Assembly: GCA_045658225.1 (NCBI GenBank) | Contig: JAZOUO010000035.1 | Location: 13,639-77,638, forward strand | Length of the DNA stretch: 64,000 bases | Origin: Eubacteriales bacterium | Lineage (GTDB): Bacteria; Bacillota; Clostridia; Oscillospirales; CAG-272 | Reading direction: 5' to 3' | Shown here: positions 55,946 through 63,673 of the stretch, piece by piece | How positions within the stretch are numbered: position 1 is the first letter of the stretch | How the letters are laid out: each line of letters opens with the position of its first letter | The notes under the pieces: model-generated | Databases searched by the model: none | Seen by the model: the letters and a program-made list of their open reading frames with translations, nothing else | Told to the model about the DNA's origin: nothing | Program-made: the position numbers and the translations under genes

Positions 55946-56379
55946 TTTTCTACCTCGGGTTTATCCTCGCCGTCAAACGAATCCATAAGAGTGGGGACTG
56001 CGCCGTCATAATACCACGACTCATCCAACCAATACACGTTTTCAGGCGTTGCTATAACCGACGGGTGGGGCGCCTCTCCTCTATCTACAGGCCAAAGTAT
56101 ATTCTGACCATAAGACAAAGGTCCCTCTATCATCATTCCACAATCAGGACAAAAATAAGACTTTGTGGACGGATTAAATGTTCCGTAATAAACCCTTTGC
56201 TCAACAGTTTTAATCTTATAGTCATCCAAAACTCTTTTCATTGTCACAACCATTGTGGCTGGGGCGCTTTCCGTTTTCTTATGATTCATCATTGATGCAA
56301 TATAATTTCCCCTTGTGAGTTCGGACTTGTAAATTTCCTGCAATTCTTTACATAGTTTCATTGTTATATTTCCTTTCAT
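55939..56379 (-). CDS. hypothetical 146-aa cytoplasmic protein, candidate immunity protein
   Basis: The start overlaps the toxin-like gene's stop (ATGA). An alternative ATG at 56361 follows AAAGGA. Contains 'YFCPDCGMMIEGP'. No family recognised. Confidence 0.6.
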   Translation of the reverse strand: MKGNITMKLCKELQEIYKSELTRGNYIASMMNHKKTESAPATMVVTMKRVLDDYKIKTVEQRVYYGTFNPSTKSYFCPDCGMMIEGPLSYGQNILWPVDRGEAPHPSVIATPENVYWLDESWYYDGAVPTLMDSFDGEDKPEVEKC

Positions 56380-58226
56380 CCCGTAGTTAGTGCTGTTTCT
56401 GCCACACGTTCTAAAACATTCGCAAAAAATTCAATAAAATATTGTTCGTACCCCCCAGTGCCAATAAACTCACCATTTACATAAGTATTATTAGATGCAG
56501 TGCCGTATGCAACCACTATATCTTCTTTAACAACATATTCAGCAACGGATGTTCTATATCCATGACTAGGATCTTTCTTAATTTGCAACCCTTGGTTGAG
56601 GGTTATCTGATTATATCCGCTTTGTTCAACACTTGCCGCTGTTGTATACCAACTACCCTGCCCAGGCAACAGACCGTACACTTTATCTCCTTTTTTCAAA
56701 ATTACCGTTTTGAAATTATCAGGACTATACCCATTAGCAATTTGAGATTGTCTTGCAACATCAACCACGGTGTGTCTTCTTTGATATGCCGCCTGAACAT
56801 CCGCCTGTGCGCTTGTAGTCATATTGGCCGCAAAGTCATCTGCATACAGCGTTTTTGCATAATTAAAGCCACACATCGCTATTAAAGCTTTAATATTATT
56901 CAAAAATTCGTTGAGATTTTCAATCTGCACCACAGGATTATAATATCCACCAAGCCCCTTAACTTCGTATTCTGCCGTCACATACTGTGCTCTATCGGTG
57001 GTAATGCTTAATCCAAAATAGTTTTGAATTCTTGATTTAATCCATTCTATGCCCAAATTCCCATTGTACCATAGTCTAAAATAACTTATCAATACCAATT
57101 TAACTTCAAGAAAATCCCTTGAAGTACCTGAACATATATCACTCGCCAAACTATTTAATCCACAAGGTCCATGGTGATATAAATAATATGTTTCATTAGT
57201 AGTTAAGGCTTCAAGTATCTTATCCTTTTGAGTCACACCCCTAACTTCAACAAGAGCAAGCAAGCCTCCATCGGAATCATATCCTGAAACAAGAGCATAT
57301 CCGCTTTCAATACATTCGAATACCGTTATATCGTTTTGCGAAATAACATCAGGATTATCGGTCCTCCATTCCGAGACACCATTTATTATTCGACGCATAT
57401 TAAAAGTTTGGCCTTGGTCAATTTGTATAGAATAAAGCTGTTCATTGACTGTAACGTAAAAGTCAAAAGTCCGATCAAGCAACACATGTTTTGCCTGTAT
57501 CTGAACCGTGCCAGCTTTAAGTCCTAATATTTTGCCCCGTTCAAGCATTATCTTAACACAACTATCATCGCCTGACAATATCGTATATTCAAAATCCTGA
57601 AGAGATGCATATCTAAAATAATCTGGTAAATTTATATCTATATCAGCAGGTTCTCCAATGTCTATGTTTAAATTGCTGAAACTTGTATTATTTAAAATAG
57701 AGATATACTCCGCATCCAATGGATATACTCTCCAGCGATGATTTTTCTCAGTTGTTGGATTGTCATCGGAAACTAAATTCTCCCCGTCGTAATACAAATA
57801 CTTGTTCGTCGCCTTATTCTTTATGCTTAGTAGCTCAGAGCCAAATATTGGAGACAATTCCAATTTCCAAATGCAATCATCCGTTACAATACCTTGCCGT
57901 TGCGCAAGAGATATGCGTCCTGTGCTTGAGCATGACAAGCAGTACCCTAATCTGCTATACGGCTGTATAACATACTGATTAAAACCAATATTTGTGATCT
58001 CCCATTTTACCTTGTCGCCAAGGTCCCATGAAAATCCATTTTCAAGCTTTCTGGTACTTGACAAAAAACCTCCATAGCCAACGTTATTTATGAAATATGT
58101 CCCCGATTCAATTCGTTCCAAACCAAGCTCAAGCTCTAAGAGTTCACCGTTTCTATACAAATACCACTCCTGATGATTGAAATCGCAGTACGGACAAGTA
58201 AAATCATCTATATGATAGCAGGACAA
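56376..58226 (-). CDS. C-terminal 616 codons of the interrupted toxin-like gene (lectin-like repeats, Ig-like domain, unassigned C-terminal module)
   Basis: Same frame as 58251..60269, separated by TGA plus 8 codons. The listed start is TTG without an SD. Motifs: xxW repeats (VKWEI, CIWKL, HRWRV), Big_2-like 'LGLKAGTVQIQAKH', and C-terminal 'GTGGYEQYFIEF'. Confidence 0.6.
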   Translation of the reverse strand: MSCYHIDDFTCPYCDFNHQEWYLYRNGELLELELGLERIESGTYFINNVGYGGFLSSTRKLENGFSWDLGDKVKWEITNIGFNQYVIQPYSRLGYCLSCSSTGRISLAQRQGIVTDDCIWKLELSPIFGSELLSIKNKATNKYLYYDGENLVSDDNPTTEKNHRWRVYPLDAEYISILNNTSFSNLNIDIGEPADIDINLPDYFRYASLQDFEYTILSGDDSCVKIMLERGKILGLKAGTVQIQAKHVLLDRTFDFYVTVNEQLYSIQIDQGQTFNMRRIINGVSEWRTDNPDVISQNDITVFECIESGYALVSGYDSDGGLLALVEVRGVTQKDKILEALTTNETYYLYHHGPCGLNSLASDICSGTSRDFLEVKLVLISYFRLWYNGNLGIEWIKSRIQNYFGLSITTDRAQYVTAEYEVKGLGGYYNPVVQIENLNEFLNNIKALIAMCGFNYAKTLYADDFAANMTTSAQADVQAAYQRRHTVVDVARQSQIANGYSPDNFKTVILKKGDKVYGLLPGQGSWYTTAASVEQSGYNQITLNQGLQIKKDPSHGYRTSVAEYVVKEDIVVAYGTASNNTYVNGEFIGTGGYEQYFIEFFANVLERVAETALTTG

Positions 58227-58250
58227 ATATCCGCCCGTGACTACCCATTC

Positions 58251-60203
58251 TCAATTTTCATAATGACCTTGATCCGGCATTGTAAGCGCGAGACTCATAT
58301 CTCCGCGAAGCACAATATAAAACGTCCATACCGAAGTAGGCGCAAATATCCATTCCTGTCTCTCGGGAATATCATCGCTGCTCCATATCACGCCGCCGGT
58401 ATCATTAACGGTAAGATATAGAGAAGAATTTGCAGTGCTTCTTATCTTATATCCGCCCGTATCATCGTTTTTGAGCAATGTAAAGTTTACACTGCTTTCG
58501 GTAGTCTGCGCGGTGGAGTTTGGTACTGCCCCATAGTCTATATATCTGCCATTGTCGGCATTATAAAAGCTTAAGCTATCACCCGTATTAAATTCGCTTG
58601 CAAACGCATATCCGTACGTGATCGCTATATACGGACCTGCTCCGTTTGCATTTTCCGACGAGCATATGGGATATACATATGAATTACCGTCCGAAATCAG
58701 CTTCGCCGCAAACACCTTATCGCTAAGAAATTCAGCTGTTCCCTGAAAAACGCTCGTCCAATTAAAGATAAGTTGTTTTTCTTGAGGGAACATGCTCATA
58801 TTGGTAGAAAATTCCACATATGAATCAAGATAATCATCATACGTCATCTCATCCGCCGACATCATAGCAGTTAGCACTTCAAAATTTATTTGACCCTCAC
58901 TAAACGGGGCAAATGATAACGTAAGATTTAGCGTTGCTTTTTGTATCGGTAAACTATCGTGTATCACGGGGAGAGTTAAAAATGATATTACAGCAATATT
59001 TCCTTCTGTGATCTGCAAAATCTGCTCGTCGCTATGATCCACAGTATCGCCTTCTTTGAAATACGCATCCTGCACGTTTGACTGGTATTCCTTAGTCGTC
59101 ACCGAGGGGTCAAGCATTATTGGATATACTCTGTCAGGCGAGTTCAGCCACTCGCTGTTGGGAGTATACGTGATTATACATTTGTTGCCGTCAACAGAAA
59201 GTTTGACCTGTATATCGTTGAGAACTGCATACGATGCGTCTATCATATAAGGTATGCTTATATGATACGCCATATCTCCGTTTTTGTCAAGAAAATCTAT
59301 GCTGTTATCGGAATTCAGTACAGGTATCAAGCCCGTGCAGTCAACCGACATCGAAAAGGACTCTATATCCGTTTTTCTTTCAATAAAAATGTCCTCTTCT
59401 ATTTTATTACGATAGACTGTATAGCGCACCGATACCCCCTCGTCTTCTCCAAAAAGAGCATCATATCTTACAGTGTTCGATACCTTGGGGAGAGCAAATG
59501 CGCTCTCATCGTTTATATTTATTTTTGTAAAGCTTTCATTCTCTTCTTCGTTCTTCATTGTACCAAGCACGCTAACCGATGTGGATGATGATACTCCTAT
59601 CGTAGTCTGCTCGGTGTTTTCAGACAGCGAATAAATACTTGATGTACTCGACGCCTGTAATTTTTTGTTTGCGGTTAGCGTCCACGAAAGCGCACTGTCT
59701 TTACTTTGCATTGTGACCAGCTTGCCACTGCTTGACGTGTCATTGGTATTGCCTTGAATACCCGCGACGCTCGTGTCACCGGGCGTCTGTACAGGCGCAG
59801 TATAGAAACTTACCTTATAATCTCCGTTTTGCGCCTCGTATGCGCCGATTGTTTCGTTTGCGGAAAGACTGTTGTCAATGTCTGTCCATTCCCCGTTATC
59901 ATCACGGTAATGCACCGCCTCGGCATACGTGACCGCAACAAACGTTCCGTCAGAGCACAGATAATGCTTTTCAAATTTTCCGCGCTTGGTAGTGTCCTCG
60001 GAGAGTATATACACGTCCTTCTCTGTCTCATCAAGCTCTGTTTCAGTCAGATTCTCATATGTTGGTTGAGAGATTGTTTCTTCTATGTTATCATTTTCTG
60101 TAGTTTCAAGCGTTTGTGCCAACGAAGCTACCGGAAAGCTGGCGATAAGCATTACTACTACGAGTAAAAACGCCAAGCATCTTAAAAATTTATATTTTTT
60201 CAT
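58251..60203 (-). CDS. N-terminal 650 codons of the interrupted toxin-like gene (signal peptide, beta-rich region, lectin-like repeat)
   Basis: ATG 60203 follows GAAAGGAA. Signal peptide 'MKKYKFLRCLAFLLVVVMLIASFPVASLAQT', then 'VYPIMLDPSV' and 'ERQEWIF'. The ORF ends at TGA 58251-58253 in mid-domain. Confidence 0.65.
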   Translation of the reverse strand: MKKYKFLRCLAFLLVVVMLIASFPVASLAQTLETTENDNIEETISQPTYENLTETELDETEKDVYILSEDTTKRGKFEKHYLCSDGTFVAVTYAEAVHYRDDNGEWTDIDNSLSANETIGAYEAQNGDYKVSFYTAPVQTPGDTSVAGIQGNTNDTSSSGKLVTMQSKDSALSWTLTANKKLQASSTSSIYSLSENTEQTTIGVSSSTSVSVLGTMKNEEENESFTKININDESAFALPKVSNTVRYDALFGEDEGVSVRYTVYRNKIEEDIFIERKTDIESFSMSVDCTGLIPVLNSDNSIDFLDKNGDMAYHISIPYMIDASYAVLNDIQVKLSVDGNKCIITYTPNSEWLNSPDRVYPIMLDPSVTTKEYQSNVQDAYFKEGDTVDHSDEQILQITEGNIAVISFLTLPVIHDSLPIQKATLNLTLSFAPFSEGQINFEVLTAMMSADEMTYDDYLDSYVEFSTNMSMFPQEKQLIFNWTSVFQGTAEFLSDKVFAAKLISDGNSYVYPICSSENANGAGPYIAITYGYAFASEFNTGDSLSFYNADNGRYIDYGAVPNSTAQTTESSVNFTLLKNDDTGGYKIRSTANSSLYLTVNDTGGVIWSSDDIPERQEWIFAPTSVWTFYIVLRGDMSLALTMPDQGHYEN

Positions 60204-60345
60204 ATAAAAATTCCTTTCAGAGTATGGTTGATTTTCGTAATTGCATATAGCATCGCTATATGCCCACACTCCAAAAAATCAGAGGGGTGTTTCTGTGTGT
60301 TGTTTTTTTGCTTGCGTTAATCATAACATCCCTCCTTTGAAATTT

Positions 60346-60391
60346 AAAAATACAAAAACGCATAGGTATGGCAGAACCGCCAACCTATGCG
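60346..60391 (-). terminator. rho-independent terminator for rarA, carried inside the cassette
   Basis: Minus strand: CGCATAGGT-15 nt-ACCTATGCG followed by TTTTTGTATTTTT. Confidence 0.7.
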
Positions 60392-60524
60392 TAAATTACC
60401 TTTTGTCAATAAACTCGGCAACTGCTTGTTGTCGGGCGATATTGCTCTTGATTTATTTTACCATATTTTTACATTAAATGTGTGAACAATATGTAAATCA
60501 AAACAGTTTTGAGAATTCATGACC

Positions 60525-60577
60525 TCATCGGATTTTTGTTATTCGCCCTTAATCTTCTTCCAGTATTCCTCTGCTGC
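60525..60577 (-). repeat. right repeat: authentic 3' end of rarA plus 14 nt downstream
   Basis: It reads KAAEEYWKKIKGE* and matches 55419-55471 (47/53). Only the right arm of the 55.4-kb hairpin is present here. Confidence 0.8.
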
Positions 60578-61774
60578 CTTTTCCGTCTTGTTCTCGCCGA
60601 AACGGTAGTATTTTTTGCCCTTTATGTCGCTGGGCAGATACTGCTGCTTGACATAATGATTGGGGTAATCGTGAGGGTATTTATAGCCCTTGAAAAGCGG
60701 GCTTTGGAGCTGAATAGGAGGCTCAAGTCCAAGCCCTGCCTTTATATCCTCGTCTGCCGCCGCAAGCGCCATATACGCGGAGTTGGATTTGGGCGCGGTA
60801 GCAAGCATCAAAGCCGCATGAATTAGAGGAAGTCTTGCCTCGGGCATACCAAGCTCGCGCGCAGAGTCACAGCAAGCCTTTACTATCGCGGGGGCTATGG
60901 GATACGCAAGCCCTATATCCTCGCTGGCTATTACCTGAAGTCTACGGCAAAGAGATATTATATCTCCCTGCTCAAGCATTTTCGCGACGTAAAACGCAGT
61001 CGCGTCGGGATCGGAGCCTCGGATAGACTTTTGCAGACAGCCAAGCATATCGTAGTGTGTGTCGTCGTTAAAGTTGCCCACTCCTGCGGAAAACTGACTT
61101 GCGGAGTCAACAGTAATTATATTGTCCGACGCAAAATATGCGTTCTCAAAAAGTCCTATCGAGCGACGCACGTCTCCCCTTGCCGCCTTGGAGATAAACT
61201 CAAGCGCGTCGGGCGCGACTGTTTTTTGCGTGTTGTTTTCGGTGTTGAGATAATCCAAAGCTCGCAAAAGCATTTTTTGTATTTCGGTGTGCTCCACGGG
61301 CTTAAACTCAAAGAGTGACGAACGGGATATGACCGCGTTATATACGTAAAAATGCGGGTTTTCCGTGGTTGACGCGATAAGCGTCACACGTCCGTCCTCG
61401 ATATATTCAAGCAACGCCTGCTGCTGCTTGCGGTTAAAATACTGTATCTCATCTATGTAAAGAAGTATTCCCGACGCGCCGAATAAATTTGACGAGGAAT
61501 TGAGTACTTCTTTTACGTCCGAAAGGCTTGCGCTGGTCGCGTTAAAGCGGTGGAACGAGATTCCTGACATCTTTGCGATAACTCCCGCTGCGGTAGTCTT
61601 ACCCGTGCCTGGAGGGCCATAAAATATCATATTTGTTATTCTTCCGCCTGAAAGCATTCTTCGGATTATTCCTTTTTCTCCGAAAAGGTGGGACTGTCCC
61701 ACTATTTCGTCCATATTTTGCGGTCTTAAAATATCCGCAAGCTGTGCATTTCTCATTTGAATTGATTTCTCCAA
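60539..61774 (-). CDS. rarA: replication-associated recombination protein A (RarA/MgsA AAA+ ATPase)
   Basis: 'LRPQNMDEIVGQSHL', 'GPPGTGKTT', 'IDEIQYFNRKQQ', 'ASTTENP' and a C-terminal MgsA domain. Confidence 0.93.
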   Translation of the reverse strand: MEKSIQMRNAQLADILRPQNMDEIVGQSHLFGEKGIIRRMLSGGRITNMIFYGPPGTGKTTAAGVIAKMSGISFHRFNATSASLSDVKEVLNSSSNLFGASGILLYIDEIQYFNRKQQQALLEYIEDGRVTLIASTTENPHFYVYNAVISRSSLFEFKPVEHTEIQKMLLRALDYLNTENNTQKTVAPDALEFISKAARGDVRRSIGLFENAYFASDNIITVDSASQFSAGVGNFNDDTHYDMLGCLQKSIRGSDPDATAFYVAKMLEQGDIISLCRRLQVIASEDIGLAYPIAPAIVKACCDSARELGMPEARLPLIHAALMLATAPKSNSAYMALAAADEDIKAGLGLEPPIQLQSPLFKGYKYPHDYPNHYVKQQYLPSDIKGKKYYRFGENKTEKAAEEYWKKIKGE

Positions 61775-61778
61775 ACAA

Positions 61779-62705
61779 TTATTTAAACATCTGTGTTGAA
61801 AGGTATCGCTCGCCCGTATCGGGAAGTAGCACCACTATTTTTTTGCCCTTGTTTTCGGGTCTTTGAGCCAACTTTTTAGCCGCTGAAAGCGCCGCACCCG
61901 AGGATATGCCAACGAGTATGCCCTCTACTTGTGCAAGGCTTCTGCCATCACAATACGCCTCATCCTCGCTAACGGTTATAATCTCGTCACAGACGCTTGT
62001 ATCAAGGGTTTCGGGGATAAATCCCGCGCCTATGCCCTGAAGTCCGTGCGTCCCCACAATTCCCTTTGTAAGATAAGGAGAATTAGTAGGCTCAACGCCG
62101 ACTATTTTTATATTGGGATTATTCTCTTTTAGGTATTTCCCTATACCGCTTATAGTGCCGCCTGTGCCTATACCCGCAACGAAAATATCCACCTCGCCGT
62201 TTGTGTCGTCCCATATCTCCACGCCCGTGGTTTCGTAATGCGCGCGGGGGTTGTCGGGGTTTTCAAACTGTCCCATAACTACTCCGCCATCAATTTCCGT
62301 GGCAAGCTCGTTTGCCTTCTCTATTGCGCCCTTCATACCAAGCGCACCGTCGGTAAGCACAAGCTCTGCTCCGTAAGCTCTCATAAGCATCTGCCTCTCA
62401 ACAGACATAGTGTCTGGCATAACTATTATAACTTTGTATCCGCGCGACACACCGATAGCACAAAGTCCAATTCCCGTGTTTCCAGAGGTGGGCTCAATTA
62501 TGGTTGAGCCAACTTTTAGTCTACCGTCGCTCTCCGCACCCTCTATCATATAAAGCGCCACCCTATCCTTGACAGAGCCTGCGGGATTGAAGCACTCAAG
62601 CTTTACATATATAGTCGCGTCTATAGAATTTTTATTGCTGTAATTTACAATTTCGAGCAAGGGGGTATTACCTACAAGCTCGGACACTGACTTATAAATT
62701 GCCAT
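61779..62705 (-). CDS. cysK: cysteine synthase A (O-acetylserine sulfhydrylase)
   Basis: 'LVGNTPLLE', PLP-lysine 'NPAGSVKDR', 'TSGNTGIGLA' and 'GIGTGGTISG'. ATG 62705 follows GGAGGTG. Confidence 0.93.
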   Translation of the reverse strand: MAIYKSVSELVGNTPLLEIVNYSNKNSIDATIYVKLECFNPAGSVKDRVALYMIEGAESDGRLKVGSTIIEPTSGNTGIGLCAIGVSRGYKVIIVMPDTMSVERQMLMRAYGAELVLTDGALGMKGAIEKANELATEIDGGVVMGQFENPDNPRAHYETTGVEIWDDTNGEVDIFVAGIGTGGTISGIGKYLKENNPNIKIVGVEPTNSPYLTKGIVGTHGLQGIGAGFIPETLDTSVCDEIITVSEDEAYCDGRSLAQVEGILVGISSGAALSAAKKLAQRPENKGKKIVVLLPDTGERYLSTQMFK

Positions 62706-62733
62706 ATCGCACCTCCAAAAAATTACTGTTTTT

Positions 62734-62762
62734 ATTATAGCACACGCCACCTGCGGTGTCAA
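62734..62762 (-). promoter_or_regulatory. consensus sigma-A promoter of cysK
   Basis: Minus strand: TTGACA, a 17-nt spacer, then TATAAT. Confidence 0.7.
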
Positions 62763-62792
62763 CACAATTTTGTCGAATACTGCTCAAGGCTA

Positions 62793-62821
62793 TTGACTGT
62801 GAGTACATTTTGTGATATAAT
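62793..62821 (+). promoter_or_regulatory. sigma-A promoter of the divergent membrane-protein gene
   Basis: TTGACT, a 17-nt spacer, then TATAAT with an upstream TG (TGATATAAT). Confidence 0.65.
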
Positions 62822-62856
62822 TATTATGTATATTTATGAGAAAGTGAGATTGTTTT

Positions 62857-63669
62857 ATGTCGCAAAGCACAATAAAACGAATACATCTTGTCTACGGCAT
62901 CTGTCTGTCCGTGATTATAACGCTCACAGCGTTAAGTATAATATTGTCGTGCTATGCCATATATAACGGCGGGGACGGAGAATTTTCGCGCGAGATCGTG
63001 GCTGAGTATTTTTCAAAAATCGCGGTTTTGGTTTTTCTCTGCCTTGCGGGCATTGTAGGCAGTATTGTTTTGTTAATTTGTCTCCCTGTCCAGAAGGAGC
63101 CTGCGGGCAAGGAAAATATAAAGAACCCCAAGGCTCATCCGAATTATTTTATGTCGCGTGAGAGACTCGCGCAAAAGGTTGATCTTGACTCTTGTGACAC
63201 TGATCTCGCCGAAAAAATAAAGGAGGAGCGCTCGGATCGCCGCATAATGACCTGTGTTTGTATAGGTTTCCCTGCGATAACTTCTATTCCCTTGCTAATA
63301 TACCTCTGTAATTCTCAAAACTACGACAAGTATCTTATCAATCAAAGCATCATACCCGCCGTAATATTCACTCTTATCTGGTGCGCTTTTGCCGCTGTGT
63401 TCTGTATTACATTAAGCATAATAACTCGCATCAGCTTAAAATCGGAAATTGAATATCTCAAACAAGCTATATCTCTTGGTGCAGTCGCTCCCGAAAAGAC
63501 TGCTGACCCTGCTAAAACCAAAAAAGAGACTATTATTATGTGGAGCGTGCGCGGTGTAATTCTTACTCTTGCAATAATATTTATCGCCGTGGGTATTTTC
63601 AACGGCGGTATGGCTGACGTTCTCGGAAAGGCAATACGACTCTGTACAGAGTGTATTGGATTGGGTTGA
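62857..63669 (+). CDS. polytopic membrane protein ending in a CXXC tail (CD1871A-like C-terminus, from memory)
   Basis: Several TM segments. The last ~45 residues, 'VILTLAIIFIAVGIFNGGMADVLGKAIRLCTECIGLG', resemble the small CD1871A-family CXXC proteins found next to membrane 4Fe-4S proteins. Confidence 0.6.
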   Translation: MSQSTIKRIHLVYGICLSVIITLTALSIILSCYAIYNGGDGEFSREIVAEYFSKIAVLVFLCLAGIVGSIVLLICLPVQKEPAGKENIKNPKAHPNYFMSRERLAQKVDLDSCDTDLAEKIKEERSDRRIMTCVCIGFPAITSIPLLIYLCNSQNYDKYLINQSIIPAVIFTLIWCAFAAVFCITLSIITRISLKSEIEYLKQAISLGAVAPEKTADPAKTKKETIIMWSVRGVILTLAIIFIAVGIFNGGMADVLGKAIRLCTECIGLG

Positions 63670-63673
63670 TGTT

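Noticed and set aside
58251-58253. The in-frame TGA as selenocysteine or genome-wide TGA recoding
   Set aside because: All other genes in the window translate cleanly with TGA as stop, so there is no global recoding. I see only weak pairing and no convincing SECIS-like hairpin in the 40 nt after the TGA. A Sec in a lectin repeat has no chemical rationale. I cannot fully exclude it without the rest of the genome (selA/selB/selC).
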